DNA of 64,000 nt from contig CBFFRP010000202.1 of assembly GCA_965644295.1 (NCBI GenBank), positions 62,001-126,000 on the forward strand, given 5' to 3'. This document shows, one piece after another, positions 51,231-62,213 of the stretch; position 1 is the stretch's first letter, and each line of letters starts with the position of its first letter. This stretch comes from Paraphysomonas bandaiensis (Eukaryota > Protista > Chrysophyceae). The translations under genes were made by a program, and so were the position numbers. The notes beneath the pieces are model-generated. The model did not search any database. It saw nothing but the letters and a program-made list of their open reading frames with translations, and was not told where the DNA came from.

Positions 51231-51725
51231 TATACACAATGCTGCTATTTTTCTTAACGCTGCTTTCGATAAGACAGTCGTAAAGATTTAATGTGGCAAT
51301 GAAGCCGCACATATTCGGACGGAAAAGGTTCAAACTAAAATATTTTTGCTCGATGAAGAAGATGATGACAGTGAGAGTCTAGTTCAGAATGACGACGCAG
51401 CGCAACGTTTGATTGATGATAGCAGACAGCGGAAGCGAGCATGTCTTAACCAGCAAACTCGTTACCGCAGCATGAAGCACTTGCATGCCACAACCAATAA
51501 GGTTGAAAGGTTGTTCATTAGAGCTAAGATTGTTATGACGGATTTGTGCAAGAGTATGACTCCTCGGCATTTGGAGCTACTTATGTTTTACGCTATATAC
51601 GTACATAGGTCCGTAGTTTAGTGTTTAACGTCAAATTTATTGCAATAATCGAGATTGAGACAGCAAGTAATAATCGCAATTATTATTGGCTACAACCTGC
51701 GTCAATTAATTGATACGCAGCCCTG
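51231..51725 (+). mobile_element. hAT relic: transposase C-terminal pseudogene fragment plus terminus
   Basis: RYRSMKHLHATTNKVERLFIRAKIVMTDLCKSMTPRHLELLMF aligns with the transposase C-terminus; ends in gcagccctg. Confidence 0.85.
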
Positions 51726-51828
51726 ATATATTACATTCCAACACTTTTGTTGATTGTGAATCAACAGCAATGCCAAAAATATGGAACGCACACCCAATCA
51801 AATATCAAATTTCACTTTTACTACAATC

Positions 51829-52743
51829 CTAATTTGTAGGAATTGCTGATAACTCTATAAATTTGTGCACAACGTGACTATGCAGCACAGCTTCCGCGGC
51901 AACACATCTCTTACTCTTTATGAGGGCAAATGCCTCTTTTTCTGGAAGTCCTTCAGCTATAAGAAAGCACAGGGCAACAGTAACAGCTCTCCCACGACCT
52001 CCTTTGCAATGAACAAACACACGACTCTGCGGATTCTTCTTAATAAATTCTTGCATAAAGCGAACTGCTCTAATAGTATCAGTAATATCTGGTTCCCATA
52101 TGTCCATTGTCGGCAAATGCAATTGCACAATATCGCTTGCCGAATAGAGTTCTTTCGGTCCACTATACTCCCAGCACATATTCACAACGGAGCGAACGCC
52201 ACGTTCAAGTAAGACAGGAACGTCTGATGCCAATGGAATAGATCCCAGACTTACATTATCAGTAATTTCAGAGTAGAATGGCTGTAGATATGTAAGAATA
52301 CATCAATAGTATAACGATATAATAAAATCTACCTCTAGAGCACGTCGGCCTATCAAGGACATTATATGGATCCATATCATAATCGGTATTTCATATAGTA
52401 AACACTGTACAATTAACATAACTAGTGAAGGTTGACCTTTTGTAGGTTTAGTTAATATAAATACTAGAGGTGCATAGAGACCAAGAAACATCCATTGCCA
52501 TCCAATTATAGTCAATGGACTAAAGAGAAATAACAACCATATACCCCATATAAGTGCTGCATATATACCATTAATAATAGATGTATGTATCCCTTTAATA
52601 CATAAATATATGAATGGTATGACAGATATGTATATATACTCAGAAAAAAACAAGAGTAATAAACAAGTAACAGTTATAGAATAGTATATAGTAGAATAAG
52701 AATGAAAGACATGTGAGGATATACTTTGATTAGTATGAGACAT
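51829..52743 (-). CDS. PTPMT1-like dual-specificity/phosphatidylglycerophosphate phosphatase with hydrophobic N-terminal extension; 2 exons
   Basis: PFYSEITDNVSLGSIPLASDV..GVRSVVNMC.EY, LHLPTMD, and the P-loop VFVHCKGGRGRA; intron about 52284-52333. Confidence 0.8.
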
Positions 52744-52849
52744 ATTGTATTATGTATGATTAAGTGGAATAAGAGTGAAGGAATGGGTAGGATTGCTGCC
52801 TGTGCTTACTATGCATGATATGGAGACCCATGTATGGATAGCATAAAGC

Positions 52850-53146
52850 ATATCAGCATCGTTTGTATATTTTAGTTCCAAGATGCCTCTAATGTTGAGA
52901 CAATAATTATGTGTATTTCATCTGTATATGTATGTAATTATTATAGAAGATTTTTGCTTCAATTTATTCCCGAAAAATAAGATGCTAACTTATCGTCTCC
53001 ATATCATGCATCCTATCGGCAGTCAGCATCTTATTTTTCGGGAATAAATTGAAGCAAATATAGTCTATATTACATACATACAAGTACGGCTAGAATACAG
53101 ATAATTATTATCTCAATATTAGAGGCATCTTTGAACATGCCGATAC
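52850..53146. mobile_element. Two inverted copies (3 and 4) of the 149-bp MITE family
   Basis: 52850-52990 (reverse) and 53013-53146 (forward; tatcggca...tgccgatac), separated by about 22 bp. Confidence 0.8.
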
Positions 53147-53385
53147 ACACATATGAACAGCATAAAAGTTAATCCTTTCTGTAAAATGTGGAAGGTACCG
53201 TACTCAAGCCCGCACCATAATGGTGTGGAACTATATAAGTGGTGATGATGAGTGACCAGTGGTATGTATGGTGTTGCTGGTGAGTAATAGATCCAGGGAG
53301 GTGGGTGTTGAAGGAGGAGCTCTCTCATCACAGCATGGTATCATACATACAGAACATAATAACAGCGAGAACATATCATAGTAGC

Positions 53386-54308
53386 ATGGAATCAACTACC
53401 ACGGAATCAACTACCACGGAATCAACTACCACGGAATCAACTACCACAGGGGGCATTAGAAAAGTCGGTGATGGGGAAACCAAAAATCGTAACTCCTCTG
53501 CGTTAGCTCAGTTTGCGAAGTACTTGGAGATGCGGTTCGACGGGAAGAAGAGGTATAAGGAACTCATAGACAGTGATATAAATGTAGAACTATTTCAATG
53601 TTTCGGTGGCTTTTTGATCGATCACGCCGTCCATGGAACAACGAAGAAGCCTTTGACCCTAGGTACTGCTTGGCAGTATTTGTCAGACACGAAGACTGCG
53701 CTGACGAAGCGATTTAAAAGAAATGAGTTATTAAGCAGCTCCAATGAGCTGTGGTACAAAGATGTGAGAGCGGCAGTATCAAAGCATATTATCAAGCGGT
53801 GTATCGCACAAGGAGTGCGTATATCAGAGAAAACAAGTCCAGTGGGGAAAGAACTAATGAAGCGCATAGGTGAATACATTATACATCGGGCATCTGATTT
53901 CTCCGGTAAGTGGACATACTTCACATATCTATGATTTACTGTATACCCTATGGTAGACAACGTCAACAAACAGAAAAAACTAAATCGAGTATTGACTAAA
54001 GGACTCGGCCTATTGTACGATGACGAGAAACGTTTTCTTGATGAGCCGAAACCCTGTATGGCAAGTCAGTCTACTTCGTACAGAGAATGGAAGAGTAATT
54101 TAAAATGCATAGCTGAAAAGGTTGAATTGCGTGTTATTGTTGATTTATTTGGTCAGGAAAATTACGACAAGTTTCACCCCAAAAAAAAGCCTCTAAGAAA
54201 TACATAAACAGTATATATGATGCAATGAGTGCACGAAGGGACAGTGATGGTAACATTATTCCAAGGACAAAGAAAAGGAAACTTCAGTCTGATGTTAGTA
54301 ATCTGTAG
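53386..54308 (+). pseudogene. Crypton(S)-like gene lacking the catalytic tyrosine-recombinase domain; one intron, probable frameshift in the A-run at 54181
   Basis: NRNSSALAQFAKYL..FGGFL..LTLGTAWQYLSDTKTAL..WYKDV..KRC...G..SEKTSPVGKELM resembles, from recall, the N-terminal region of stramenopile Crypton proteins. An intron at about 53906-53956 joins it to a basic C-terminal segment. No HxxR/Y motifs. Confidence 0.5.
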
Positions 54309-54838
54309 AATGCCAATATATGTATTCATTTATAACCACTCCATCAACTTTTTATAATGTACCCTTATAATTAATGATTCATTAGTAATTGGAATACATC
54401 GTATCATTATTTACAGAGCATACAACAGTATAATCAACCATTACAGCGTTCAGCATTTTATTATTCGACACAGTCTGATGTTAGTAATCTGTAGAATGCC
54501 TATATGTATTCATTTATAACCACTCCATCAACTTTTTATAATGTACCCTTATAATTAATGATTCATTAGTAATTGGAATACATCGTATCATTATTTACAG
54601 AGCATACAACAGTATAATCAACCATTACAGCGTGCAGCATTTTATTATTCGACACAGTCTGATGTTAGTAATCTGTAGAATGCCTATATGTATTCATTTA
54701 TAACCACTCCATCAACTTTTTATACTGTACCCTTATAATTAATGATTCATTAGTAATTGGAATACATCGTATCATTATTTACAGAGCATACAACAGTATA
54801 ATCAACCATCACAGCGTTCAGCATTTTATTATTCCACA
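54285..54838. repeat. Tandem repeat, about 184-186 bp x3
   Basis: cagtctgatgttagtaatctgtag at 54285, 54471 and 54655. Confidence 0.95.
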
Positions 54839-55220
54839 CCGTTCAGAATTCTTATCACATACAGCCATACTGCATACCCTTACACAACATGACACATATT
54901 CACTGCAAGATGGAACAGGGGCAGCCGGGCGCTTGTGTCGCTTAGGCATCCCTCTTGCACCGGTAAGTATAAACGTCATTGCGCCTACAACAGCATAATA
55001 AACCATCACAGCCTTCAGCATTTTATTATTCCACACCGTTCAGAATTCTTATCACATACAGCCATACTGCATACCCTTACACAACATGACACATATTCAC
55101 TGCAAGATGGTACAGGGGCAGCCGGGCGCTTGTGTCGCTTAGGCATCCCTCTTGCACCGGTAAGTATAAACGTCATTGCGCCTACAACAGCATAATAAAC
55201 CATGACAACATTCAGCATAT
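54819..55220. repeat. Tandem repeat, 197 bp x2
   Basis: cagcattttattattccacaccgttcag at 54819 and 55016. Confidence 0.95.
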
Positions 55221-56114
55221 CATATACCATCACACAACATAGTGCATGCATGATATACAGCCTTCTATTCCTTCAAATGTACCACTTCTCATCTCTCTAC
55301 ATACCTGACACTTTAAATAGGATGATGGGAGCATGATGCTCCCACCTGGAATTCAATCATTGATATCCATATCAAATCACTTCATACCATAATATACAGC
55401 CCTTCACAGTTCCTCTCCATACAGCCTTATAAACCTCGTCCAGTAACTGCATATCTCATCTCACAGTTTCATGAAATAAGATGGTAGCAACATGTTATCA
55501 CCTATCATTCAAGCACTCATTAACGTGTATCTGCTGCATATGGCTGCCTCGTCATATTACTATATACATATACTCGATGCATGTGATATGATGCACTATG
55601 CTATGATGCACTCTGCTGATTGGATCACTCGATGGGCGCACTTGCTGTGCGGCCTTTGTGTAAAAACAAGGGTGCGGGATCCCGCACCTGCGGTGCGGGC
55701 TAAATAATTTTTCTATCAAATTTAGAATTTCTTAGGTGGAAATATATGAAAATACATGATTTTTATCACAAATATATATTTTTTACTTATAAATGTATGG
55801 TTTTTATATATATATATTGTACATTCCTGAAGATTCTTATTGTAACACTGTTATTATTAAGTCATTCCTACTCTATGATCTTATAGACATCTAGAACTAC
55901 TCATAGGATATATTATATGATCTAAGATTTGGTGTGGATAGTACTTACAGTGTGTTTCAGTCAGTGGTAAAAGGAATTACACTATTAATCTTTAGATATT
56001 GAATAAATTAGTACTATATATATACGTATATTCATACTGGAAAATATATTGAATTAACAAGAGTGGTGTGAGTTAATCCATCCTGGTCATTATTCCTGTA
56101 AAGAAGACTCTCCC

Positions 56115-58748
56115 ATGTCACATTTTCTTATCGTTCATGCTCAGAGTAAGTGGGATATGTATATATATACTCATACTTATGTGTAGTGTGCATACCTAAA
56201 CATGTATAGTGTATACCTGTATATGGAAGGTTCTTATATGCACTTATATATATATGGGTATACAGAAACCGCTAGAGAGCACGAGTTTACTGAGATATTT
56301 GGCAATCAATTCTTGTACTACGAGAAGTCGGATGAAAAACCGAACCCCGATGTATGGCAGTGTATCATGATCGGAATACCTGCTGAAATGACTCTTGATG
56401 TGAGACTGCCAGTGGACACTATTATCGTACTAAATATGTGGCCATCATGTATATTTAGGAATGTCGACTGTTTTTTGAACCTTATGGCAACGACATTTAC
56501 CACATCACCGTGATTCATGATTCTGTTATGCATGGGTGCAAGGCCGCGGTAATCCAATTTCATTTAAAGGTATTGAACCCATCAGTGCTACAGAATTCCT
56601 AATAGTACTTCAGGAATCGATGGAGTCGTTCTGCCGACTGTATTGCCACTTGCATTTTCCTGCGCATTCGTAAGTATTATAGTTCCGGCAATGTGCGATA
56701 ACGTCATATATATTAGTTCCGCAGCGCCCTGTTTAGTGGTGCCCCTTCAAGATTTTGTGGTTATTGATGACAACTCTTCCCCAGCTGTTGAGAACAGCCC
56801 CTCATCTGCGAATGTGATGCCTACCATCCCTCAAGAAACGACAGCAGCATCCATTCCAAGCATCCCTGATGATTCGAGTGGCTCTGTCCTCTCCCCACCA
56901 CCCCCGGCGCATCTGCAGCTACCAAATTGCCCCGTATGTTTGCGACGTATTTCTGATAAGGCTTCTGGTGTATGTGCAACGCAAGATGTTATTGTGGGAC
57001 CAGATTTCACTGGACATGCTGATAGGTATGAGCTTCGCATCTCTTGAATAAGTTAGTATTGAAATGGTAATGAGTCAGGTGCCCAGTGTGCTTCATTGTC
57101 AGCGAGGATGGAAGAGATGTGCGTTAACTTTGTTCATTCATCGATGTTTTAGTAACTGTTATTAACGATAATAGCGAAGACACTGCGCGGTTTGTGGATT
57201 GAAGGAAAACCTATGGGTATGTTTACAGTGTGCTTATACTGGGTGCGGAAGATATACTTCCCAGCATGCCAAGAAGCATTTTCATGACAAAGGTATAGGC
57301 TACCCTTAATATTGATACACCCTAAAATATTTCCGTTTATAGGCCACCCGTTTAGCCTGGAGTGTGCAACTGGCAGGTTGAAACAGTGTTACCAAGTATC
57401 ACGCGATATGGTAATACTGTTTTGCAGGTTATGGGACTACGTACACGACAAGTTTGTGCATTTAGGTGAGGTGTATTTGACGGTGGTGAGTGCTTAATTA
57501 ACGATACTATTGCATTGCTAGACCCGTTTACTATATACACCAAGAATATTGCATCTCGTGAAATGCTGGAAACGTCTAGTATCACTTCCCAACAGGCATA
57601 TCCCGAGCCTTCTCCTCTAGTTCTTCAATCCAGTGGACCTGTATGCAGTGCTAGTCTGGAAGACAACGGCGAAAAGGAAGCGACGTGGACACTGGAGAAA
57701 CCTATTGCAGAGGATATGTCCCAAGATGAAATAATCAAGAGCCACCTAGATAATGGAGTAGTAGACAAAATTGGAAAGCTACAGCAAGATTATGAGGTTG
57801 GTGTTCTCATACAAATCCCTGGCCAATTCTAAAAATAAATAGCAATTACTCGTATCTCAATTGAACGACCAGCGGTTGCATTACGAAAAGGTGTGATCGT
57901 CACTGAATTTAAGCCTGTGGTGATGTTGTCATTTTCAGCTTCTAGCACGTGAAACGGTTCGGTTACTGGAGATGGGATATGATGTCAAAGGAGTGTTTAA
58001 GGAAGCCTCATCAGATTCTGTATACATCGAGAGAGCCGATGCGGCAATGATCCCATGCCCAGGAGCTAGCGGAGAGTCCAAAGTTGCAATTGATGAGAAC
58101 ATGTCGATGGATGGCTCGCTGGACTCTGATATGGCACAAATCGAACAGCTTAAAATGGATATATCTGGTGCTTCATGTAATATTGTCGTGATTTAACCTA
58201 ATGTTTTTCTTTCAAGCAATCGAGCATGAGTACAATGGCATATTGCAGCAGATACATTCAGTGACGGCGTCCACAGTAGAGGTTAGAAAAGACAACAATC
58301 GACTATTGAATGCCCAGAAAGTTCAGGTGTGCTTTATTTTACCAGTGGTTCAGCATGAATTAATTTCGTATAATTTGCTGTAGAAGCAACGTATCGCAGA
58401 CTATACGGCGAAAACAGAAACAATTAGACAAAAAGAAAAGGACGAGGTAAATCACATGTTTTCATGTATTATATTCTATGATTTATTTTCATTTTGTATA
58501 GGTTGCCAATCTTGAGCAACAAATCAGAGAATTAGAGTTTTACTTACGGTTAGTTAGATTCATGCTGTCCTACAGTCGTAAATACATTGACGTCTGTGTC
58601 TAGAACACAAGAACAAATAGGCGCATCCCCACTAAGAGATGAAGTGCAAGGAGGTGTTATGATTGTTCAGGAGGGACAGCCCACTAATAGAACTAACTCT
58701 AGGGTGTCGGCCTCGACACGAAGAAAAAAAGGTGGTCATAGTAAATAG
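56115..58748 (+). CDS. BRAP: BRCA1-associated protein BRAP/IMP/ETP1-like (BRAP2 region, RING-like, ZnF-UBP, coiled coil); multi-exon
   Basis: LPNCPVCL; ZnF-UBP (C..C..ENLWVCLQCAYTGCGRYTSQHAKKHF..GHPFSLECATGRLWDYVHDKFVH); C-terminal LEQQIRELEFYL..Q..I..S.LRDEVQGG. Confidence 0.82.
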
Positions 58749-59562
58749 CTTTGATCATCATCTGTGTTATCTGGTAATAAGTTATTACCAAACGACTCCA
58801 GTCAAGGGTATTGGAAATTGCTCATTTGAAGCTAGATCACAGAGAGAATTTGTCGTAAGACTAGATAGATTTATTAATATCGTTTACACGAAGTTGTGAT
58901 AACCAACACTAACTCATTTTTATCCATGCATAATATCCTACATATGCGAACCTCTCGTTACTGAACATATCTTGAAAGATCAAACTATTTCAGTTTCTCA
59001 ATATCATCACAGCATTTGTACATCACTATATTTCACTGTATTCTCGTACATTGCCTTCAAGTGACATACTGAATATACTAGAATAAGATCCATATTCTAA
59101 TAAAGGGATTGTTTTGCAGCGTAGGCATATAGCGCTAAGTCAAATAATATATTGTACTAAAGTTCCTAGTTTCTGTCACAGTAGCCTGTAAAAGTTAAAC
59201 TTAGTATCCGAAACAGTGTTTAAAAAATGAAGCATTTAATTTCCTGCAGACAAGTAAAACTCAACAAAGCTAATAAGCAGTGAATAGATATTCATTATAA
59301 TCCTGGCGTAGTATTTCCGTGTTGCGTCGAGCAATAGATCTACACTATACTAGTATGGTTCATACATGACAACCAGACACCCATATATTGTAAGCAGTCA
59401 TTCATAGTCATGAAAAGCTCCTTGTTGGCCATTACGCCATTATAAGGGATAAAGAGGTCGATATGACCCTACTAGAACATACATACATAAGTCATACATA
59501 GCTATGATAGTGCACGAGAACATGATGGCTATGAACCATCAGAGGAATGACGAAGGAAGGAT

Positions 59563-60096
59563 TTAGAGGTACAGTCTCCTTGATATGCCACATGACCACA
59601 TGTATACCGAAGACCATATTGAGGAGGTGGACATCATATGACCCAACTGTATATGTATGTATACATGTATGTATTGTGGCATGAAACTCTGGGTTTCAGG
59701 GTTTTGAGGTTTCGGTCCTTCAGGGATCGTTGGGTTTCCCTTTAGGATATGACTGATGAGGCGGTGGAGGATTACATCGAGAAATGTCGCCTCTATTTCC
59801 ACAAGCGTGGTGGGAGAGAGAGGTAGACCGATCGTTGATCTCGGCCAATGTGGAGCCATCTTGCGAAGAAATGCATAGAAATCCTCTGAATATAACACTT
59901 CAGGATTCCTCCAGTCGTCAACCTTCCCGTTGACGTCACCCCTCAAGAAGTCAATCTTGGCCGAGATCAACGATCTGTCTACCTCTCTCTCCCACCACTC
60001 GATGTAATCCTCCACCGCCTCATCAGTCAACGCGACTAGTGGAGGAACGTCGTTCGAAGTGACCAGGAAACTGGAGGAGCTAGCCTCCTCTGCCAT
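59563..60096 (-). CDS. Orphan ORF (177 aa), possibly a retroelement gag-like fragment
   Basis: The first ~120 codons are GC-richer and protein-like; the ATG directly abuts the microsatellite. No family recognised with confidence. Confidence 0.3.
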   Translation of the reverse strand: MAEEASSSSFLVTSNDVPPLVALTDEAVEDYIEWWEREVDRSLISAKIDFLRGDVNGKVDDWRNPEVLYSEDFYAFLRKMAPHWPRSTIGLPLSPTTLVEIEATFLDVILHRLISHILKGNPTIPEGPKPQNPETQSFMPQYIHVYIHIQLGHMMSTSSIWSSVYMWSCGISRRLYL

Positions 60097-60098
60097 CG

Positions 60099-60712
60099 TG
60101 TATGTATGTATGTATGTATGTATGTATGTATGTATGTATGTGTATGTATGTATGTACGTATGTATGTATGTATGTATGTATGTATGTATGTATGTATGTA
60201 TGTATGTATGTATGTATGTATGTATGTATGTATGTATGTATGTATGTATGTATGTATGTATGTATGTATGTATGTATGTATGTATGTATGTATGTATGAA
60301 TGTATGTATGTATGTATGTATGTATGTATGTATGTATGTATGTATGTATCCGGCATGTATGTATGTATGTATGTATGTATGTAGGTATGTATGTAGGTAT
60401 GTAGGTATGTATGTATGTATGTATGTATGTATGTATGTATGTATGTATGTATGTATGTATGTATGTATGTATGTATGTATGTATGTATGTATGTATGTAT
60501 GTATGTATGTATGTATGTATGTATGTATGTATGTATGTATGTATGTATGTATGTATGTATGTATGTATGTATGTATGTATGTATGTATGTATGTATGTAT
60601 GTATGTATGTGTGTATGTATGTATGTTTGTATGTATGTATGTATGTATGTATGTATGTATGTATGTATGTATGTATGTATGTATGTATGTATGTATGTAT
60701 GTATGTATGTAT
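60099..60712. repeat. (TATG)n microsatellite, about 610 bp
   Basis: Directly visible, with a short interruption near 60350. Confidence 0.99.
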
Positions 60713-60782
60713 CATATGTGGCTTGTGGTTATCTTGACTGTGTATATTAATAGTCTCAATCTATCTCTCTTACCATCCCATC

Positions 60783-61942
60783 ATGCAATACAAAGCTGCA
60801 ATGCTTCGTTTATATCATCTAGAGGATCCTACCCCCTCTCCTCCATCCCCTCCCCCTCCCCCTGCAGCTCCTCCTGTATGGACCCGTTACTTCTATCATA
60901 ACAGTCATCTGATATTAGATGTATTGGTCCCTATAGGATGGTCCATATTATTCATACTATTAATGAATAGAAATACATTTATATCGAATAGTTATATGCC
61001 ATTTCTTGGTATATTAGCTGCATGTATCGCTAATGCAGTCCCTCTAGGAGGGGGCATTGTATATATACCTGCATTAGCTCTATTAGGCGTTGATTTGAAA
61101 TTAGGTGTTAGTTTTACAGTTGCAACAATGTCATTTGGTAATGGATTATTTGGATTTTTAAGATGGTTACAAGCTGATCCTTCTCTTATTATATGGGAGT
61201 CTTTTCTGTATACTGTTTTACCATGCTGGAAAGGATCTCTTATTGGAATATATGTACTTCCAACACCGAGCACTACATCAGTGAAGTTTTTATTTGCTTG
61301 CTTTTGTGCTGTGGTGGCTGTCCTTGTTGCGTATGCAGCTTACAAAGGTGGGGTCGATAAGGTTTCATTCAAAGATACATCAGCAAACACCACAGCATTG
61401 CCTTCATCCCAGCCTGCACCCACACCTTCTCGGCTGTCCTGGCTACTTCTTGCTGTCGTGTCTTTTTTTGGTGGGGTGTATTTGGTTCCTAATATTGGCG
61501 TCGGCCCTGCTCTCACAACTTATCTGGGTCTGGTGATTATGGGCTTCCCAGTGCAAGCCGCAGTAGTAACTGGGATAATCACAGGAGGGTGGGTTTGCAT
61601 CCTCCCGTTCGCTCTAAATCTTACAACTGGTGATGTACCAATGACTTTGTGGTTAATGGTTATACCAGGAGTATACCTTGGGGCCAAGGTAAGATTGTAG
61701 ACTCGGAGTAGTTCTCTACTCTATGTATATAGGAATAATGTAGTAGTACAATATGGTCGATAGTATAATGTTTTGCTGTGTGCATATTTGTTATTAACCT
61801 GAGTAGAAAGCGACACTGCCTAATGTGGAATTTGTTGCAGTCTGCTCCTCTTGTACATGCCTACTGCGGAATGCAGGTGATTCTGGGTGCTTTCGCTGTA
61901 CTTCTCCTATTCAATGCGGCCCTCTTTACTCTATTTAGCTAA
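60783..61942 (+). CDS. TauE/SafE (sulfite exporter)-family membrane protein; intron 61689-61840
   Basis: Two-fold repeated hydrophobic architecture with ANAVPLGGGIVYIPAL and PNIGVGPAL, plus IPGVYLGAK|SAP; stop at 61940-61942; start codon uncertain. Confidence 0.75.
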
Positions 61943-62213
61943 CTGAAACGAACAGAAGGTGCATTTTGATGGAATACAGAATGCAGAGATTATTATATCT
62001 GTGAAGTAAGTGGACTATATTTTTATGTTGCATAGTTGGTGCACATATTTTCTTTACTCTTTCCAATCACTTGTTGTTTGCTAATGTGTCACATGTGTAA
62101 TAAGCTGGTACATAAATCGGAACCCCTTTTTTTGATGAAGTAGAGACTTTGGATATATTTCAGGCGTGATCTTTATTCCCTATATTATACGTTCAGCGTA
62201 AAATAAAAAATAA

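Noticed and set aside
54285-55220. CRISPR-like repeat-spacer array
   Set aside because: The intervening sequences are long and duplicated rather than unique, there are no cas genes, and the context is eukaryotic.
1-58748. Functional DNA-repair cluster (ERCC6L, BABAM1, BRAP)
   Set aside because: The genes are tens of kb apart among unrelated genes; nothing suggests more than chance.
59688-59746. Telomere-like gggttt(c/t)aggg motifs
   Set aside because: Only two or three degenerate units; insufficient for an interstitial telomere call.
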